DNA of 48,330 bases from sequence record DRR723986_3166; one strand, given 5' to 3'. Position numbers and translations under genes: made by a program. The first letter of the stretch is position 1; each line of letters opens with the position of its first letter. Below the pieces are notes generated by a model. The model made no database searches and was not told the origin of the DNA. It saw only the letters and a program-made list of their open reading frames with translations. Positions 46,161 to 48,330 of this stretch are shown in pieces.

Positions 46161-48330
46161 ATGAAATCTCGAAGATTGATTACAGTCTACGACGTGTTAC
46201 GTCGCTATAAAAAAGCTGCGCGGCGTTTGCAACGCGCAAGCATGACTGAGACTACTGCGAATCGCAAAAAAGCGGAATTTTTGCGGCGCAGATTGCAGGA
46301 AATGGCACAGAGGCTCAACCCTTTGGCGAATACTCAGCTGGCGTCACGGCTGGCGGCGATTGCATTTGGGGGACTGGCGGCCACGGGCCTAAACGCACAG
46401 ACTCCCACAATTGCGACTGTTTCGCCGTCAACAAATGCCTTGAATGTAGTGACGAGCAGCAATATCTCGATTACATTCAGCACTGAGATGAATGCCAGTA
46501 CGCTGGATGAAAACAACATTCGGGTGTTTGGATCGCAGACCGGATTTTTGAGTGACGAAGGGGTGTTTTCGGGCAACCCCACGCGTGTGTTTAATCCGAC
46601 GGACAATTTCCTGCCGAATGAGATAATTTCGGTCAGCCTCACCACAGGAGCAACATCGACTGCGGGTACGGCGCTGCTGCGGGCAAATGTGTTCCAGTTT
46701 CGCACGGAGGTCCAGTTTGGTAAGGCGTTGTTTGATTCGCGGATTCTGAGCCTTAGCAGTGGAGCAGAAGAATCTGCTGTTGGAGACCTGGACGGCGATG
46801 GTGATCTGGATCTGCTGGTTGTTAAGAGTGGGCAGAACCTGATTTGGCTAAACGACGGCACTGGCACCTTTACGGAGTCGAGTTTTGGTCAATCACGTAA
46901 TAGCCGGGACGTTGCCCTTGGTGACCTGGATGCCGACGGTGACCTGGACGCCCTTATCGTTAATTACAACCAGAGCAATGCCGTTTGGTTAAACAATGGC
47001 GATGGAACATTTAGCTCCAGTGACTATAACGCCGGGCGCTCCAGTGCAATCGAAATTGGTGACCTGGATGGCGATGGTGATCTGGACGCGGTGCATGCTG
47101 TGAACGAGGCCGAAGATGAAATCTGGTTTAACAATGGTGACGGGACCTTCTCCAGTTCGACATTTGGCACGGCGGCCTGGACCGGTTTTAATCTTGCCAA
47201 GTTGTGGTCTACGGGCACAGCCCTTGGTGACCTGGATAATGACGGTGACCTTGATGTTGTCGTTACAAAATTTTTAACATTTATCAATAGTTACCGGCAA
47301 GATATTTGGCTCAACGACGGTGCGGGGAATTTGACACCGCAGACATTTAACTCTTCAATAGCCTACTTTGGTGTTGAGTTGCTTGATCTGGATGGTGATA
47401 GCGACCTTGATTTGTTGGCATATGACACCGGTTTCCCGGACCTCTACCTGAACAACGGCGACGGGACGTTTTCTTCGAGTCAAATTCTGATTGGCGAGGC
47501 TTCTAACCTTGCGTTTGGTGACATCGACGCCGATGGTGATCTGGACGCTGTTATGCCGAATGGTGTGGATAGCGATCTCTTTGGACTAAACAACGGCTCT
47601 GGTTCATTTAATGGCAGCAATCTTGGGGCCAATGCTGGTGCAGAAGACGGGAATGGAATACTAGCTGAGATCGCGGATTTTGACGGTGACGGTGACCTGG
47701 ATGTTTTGATACACAATTCCGATGCAGAGCCTGTACTCTGGATTAACGATCCACCACCAAGAGTGACGGGGTTTGATCCTGACAAGAACGACGTTAGCCA
47801 CGATCGCAATGAAGCTATCCGGGTTGAATTCCTGCAGACGATGAATTCGAGTACATTAACTGTTAATGCGGTGCCGACGCAGGCGAACCTGATTGTATAT
47901 GGTTCGCAGACGGGGCACCTGGGTACGAGTGCTACGGTTTCATTTGAGGATGACCAGGAAATTGCGGTCATCAGCCCAGCGGCCGACTTCAAGCCCGGCG
48001 AGCGCATCTGGGTAACGGTTACCGGTGCGACCAAACTTGAAGGGCGTGGACGGCAGGACCTTGAGAAAGCTACCGTCTACAGTTTCATTGCAGGCGTGGA
48101 CGGCGGAACGGGCGTCTTTTCCAGTAACACGTTCGGCAACGGTGAAAGTACCAATATTGATTTCGGCGATCTTGACGGTGACGGCGATCTTGACGCCATT
48201 TTAACAAACTATTATTCACCGGATGAGATCTGGTTAAATAATGGCGATGCGACATTTACTACATCGACTTTGGGTGGAAATTTCAGTGCTGACGTAGCGC
48301 TTGGTGATCTGGATGGCGACGGTGATCTGG
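46161..48330 (+). CDS. Large secreted protein with alternating Ig-like (Big_5/SbsA-type) domains and FG-GAP/VCBS repeats; 3' end outside window
   Basis: Frame appears open from ATG 46161 to the window end (absent from the ORF track because no stop is reached); TPTIATVSPSTNALNV...ISITFSTEMNASTL...VFGSQTG; many GDLDGDGDLD repeats; second Ig unit PRVTGFDP...IVYGSQTG. Confidence 0.9.
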   Translation, partial: MKSRRLITVYDVLRRYKKAARRLQRASMTETTANRKKAEFLRRRLQEMAQRLNPLANTQLASRLAAIAFGGLAATGLNAQTPTIATVSPSTNALNVVTSSNISITFSTEMNASTLDENNIRVFGSQTGFLSDEGVFSGNPTRVFNPTDNFLPNEIISVSLTTGATSTAGTALLRANVFQFRTEVQFGKALFDSRILSLSSGAEESAVGDLDGDGDLDLLVVKSGQNLIWLNDGTGTFTESSFGQSRNSRDVALGDLDADGDLDALIVNYNQSNAVWLNNGDGTFSSSDYNAGRSSAIEIGDLDGDGDLDAVHAVNEAEDEIWFNNGDGTFSSSTFGTAAWTGFNLAKLWSTGTALGDLDNDGDLDVVVTKFLTFINSYRQDIWLNDGAGNLTPQTFNSSIAYFGVELLDLDGDSDLDLLAYDTGFPDLYLNNGDGTFSSSQILIGEASNLAFGDIDADGDLDAVMPNGVDSDLFGLNNGSGSFNGSNLGANAGAEDGNGILAEIADFDGDGDLDVLIHNSDAEPVLWINDPPPRVTGFDPDKNDVSHDRNEAIRVEFLQTMNSSTLTVNAVPTQANLIVYGSQTGHLGTSATVSFEDDQEIAVISPAADFKPGERIWVTVTGATKLEGRGRQDLEKATVYSFIAGVDGGTGVFSSNTFGNGESTNIDFGDLDGDGDLDAILTNYYSPDEIWLNNGDATFTTSTLGGNFSADVALGDLDGDGDL

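Noticed and set aside
46334-48034. Minus-strand ORFs rich in SRSPSPSR
   Set aside because: Antisense shadows of the GDLDGDGDLD repeats on the plus strand

Overview
Bacterial chromosomal window from the FCB group (Bacteroidota sensu lato). The evidence is type IX secretion (T9SS) C-terminal domains (CTDs), signal peptides cleaving before Gln, and TAnnTTTG-like promoter elements. Shine-Dalgarno sites and TTGAC -35 boxes are also present, which points to a Kapabacteria/Ignavibacteria-like lineage (inference). Bases 1-9.9 kb are housekeeping-type genes: RqcH/NFACT, a HEAT-repeat protein, a lipoprotein, an alpha/beta hydrolase, an M28 peptidase and a flippase. Bases 10-48 kb are dominated by secreted proteins. 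They include two paralogous TPR-LuxR regulators and a fibre-like protein paired with a T9SS serine protease. Three tandem A/B pairs of related beta-propeller-like proteins follow, in which A carries a T9SS CTD and B stops just before it; long structured leaders precede pairs 1 and 3. Next come a YHS/AraC pair and a pentapeptide-repeat gene with a remnant paralog. A minus-strand unit encodes a Sec-exported TcB-TcC-like RHS protein with an HExxH tip, a Cys-rich T9SS protein starting with a lone YD-repeat strand, and a BNR-repeat T9SS protein. The window ends with an HxlR regulator and a large Ig/FG-GAP protein running off the right edge. The best candidate for a new system is the recurring pairing of CTD-less exported proteins with CTD-bearing partners (possible piggy-back T9SS export). 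No CRISPR, rRNA, tRNA, integrase or transposase was seen.
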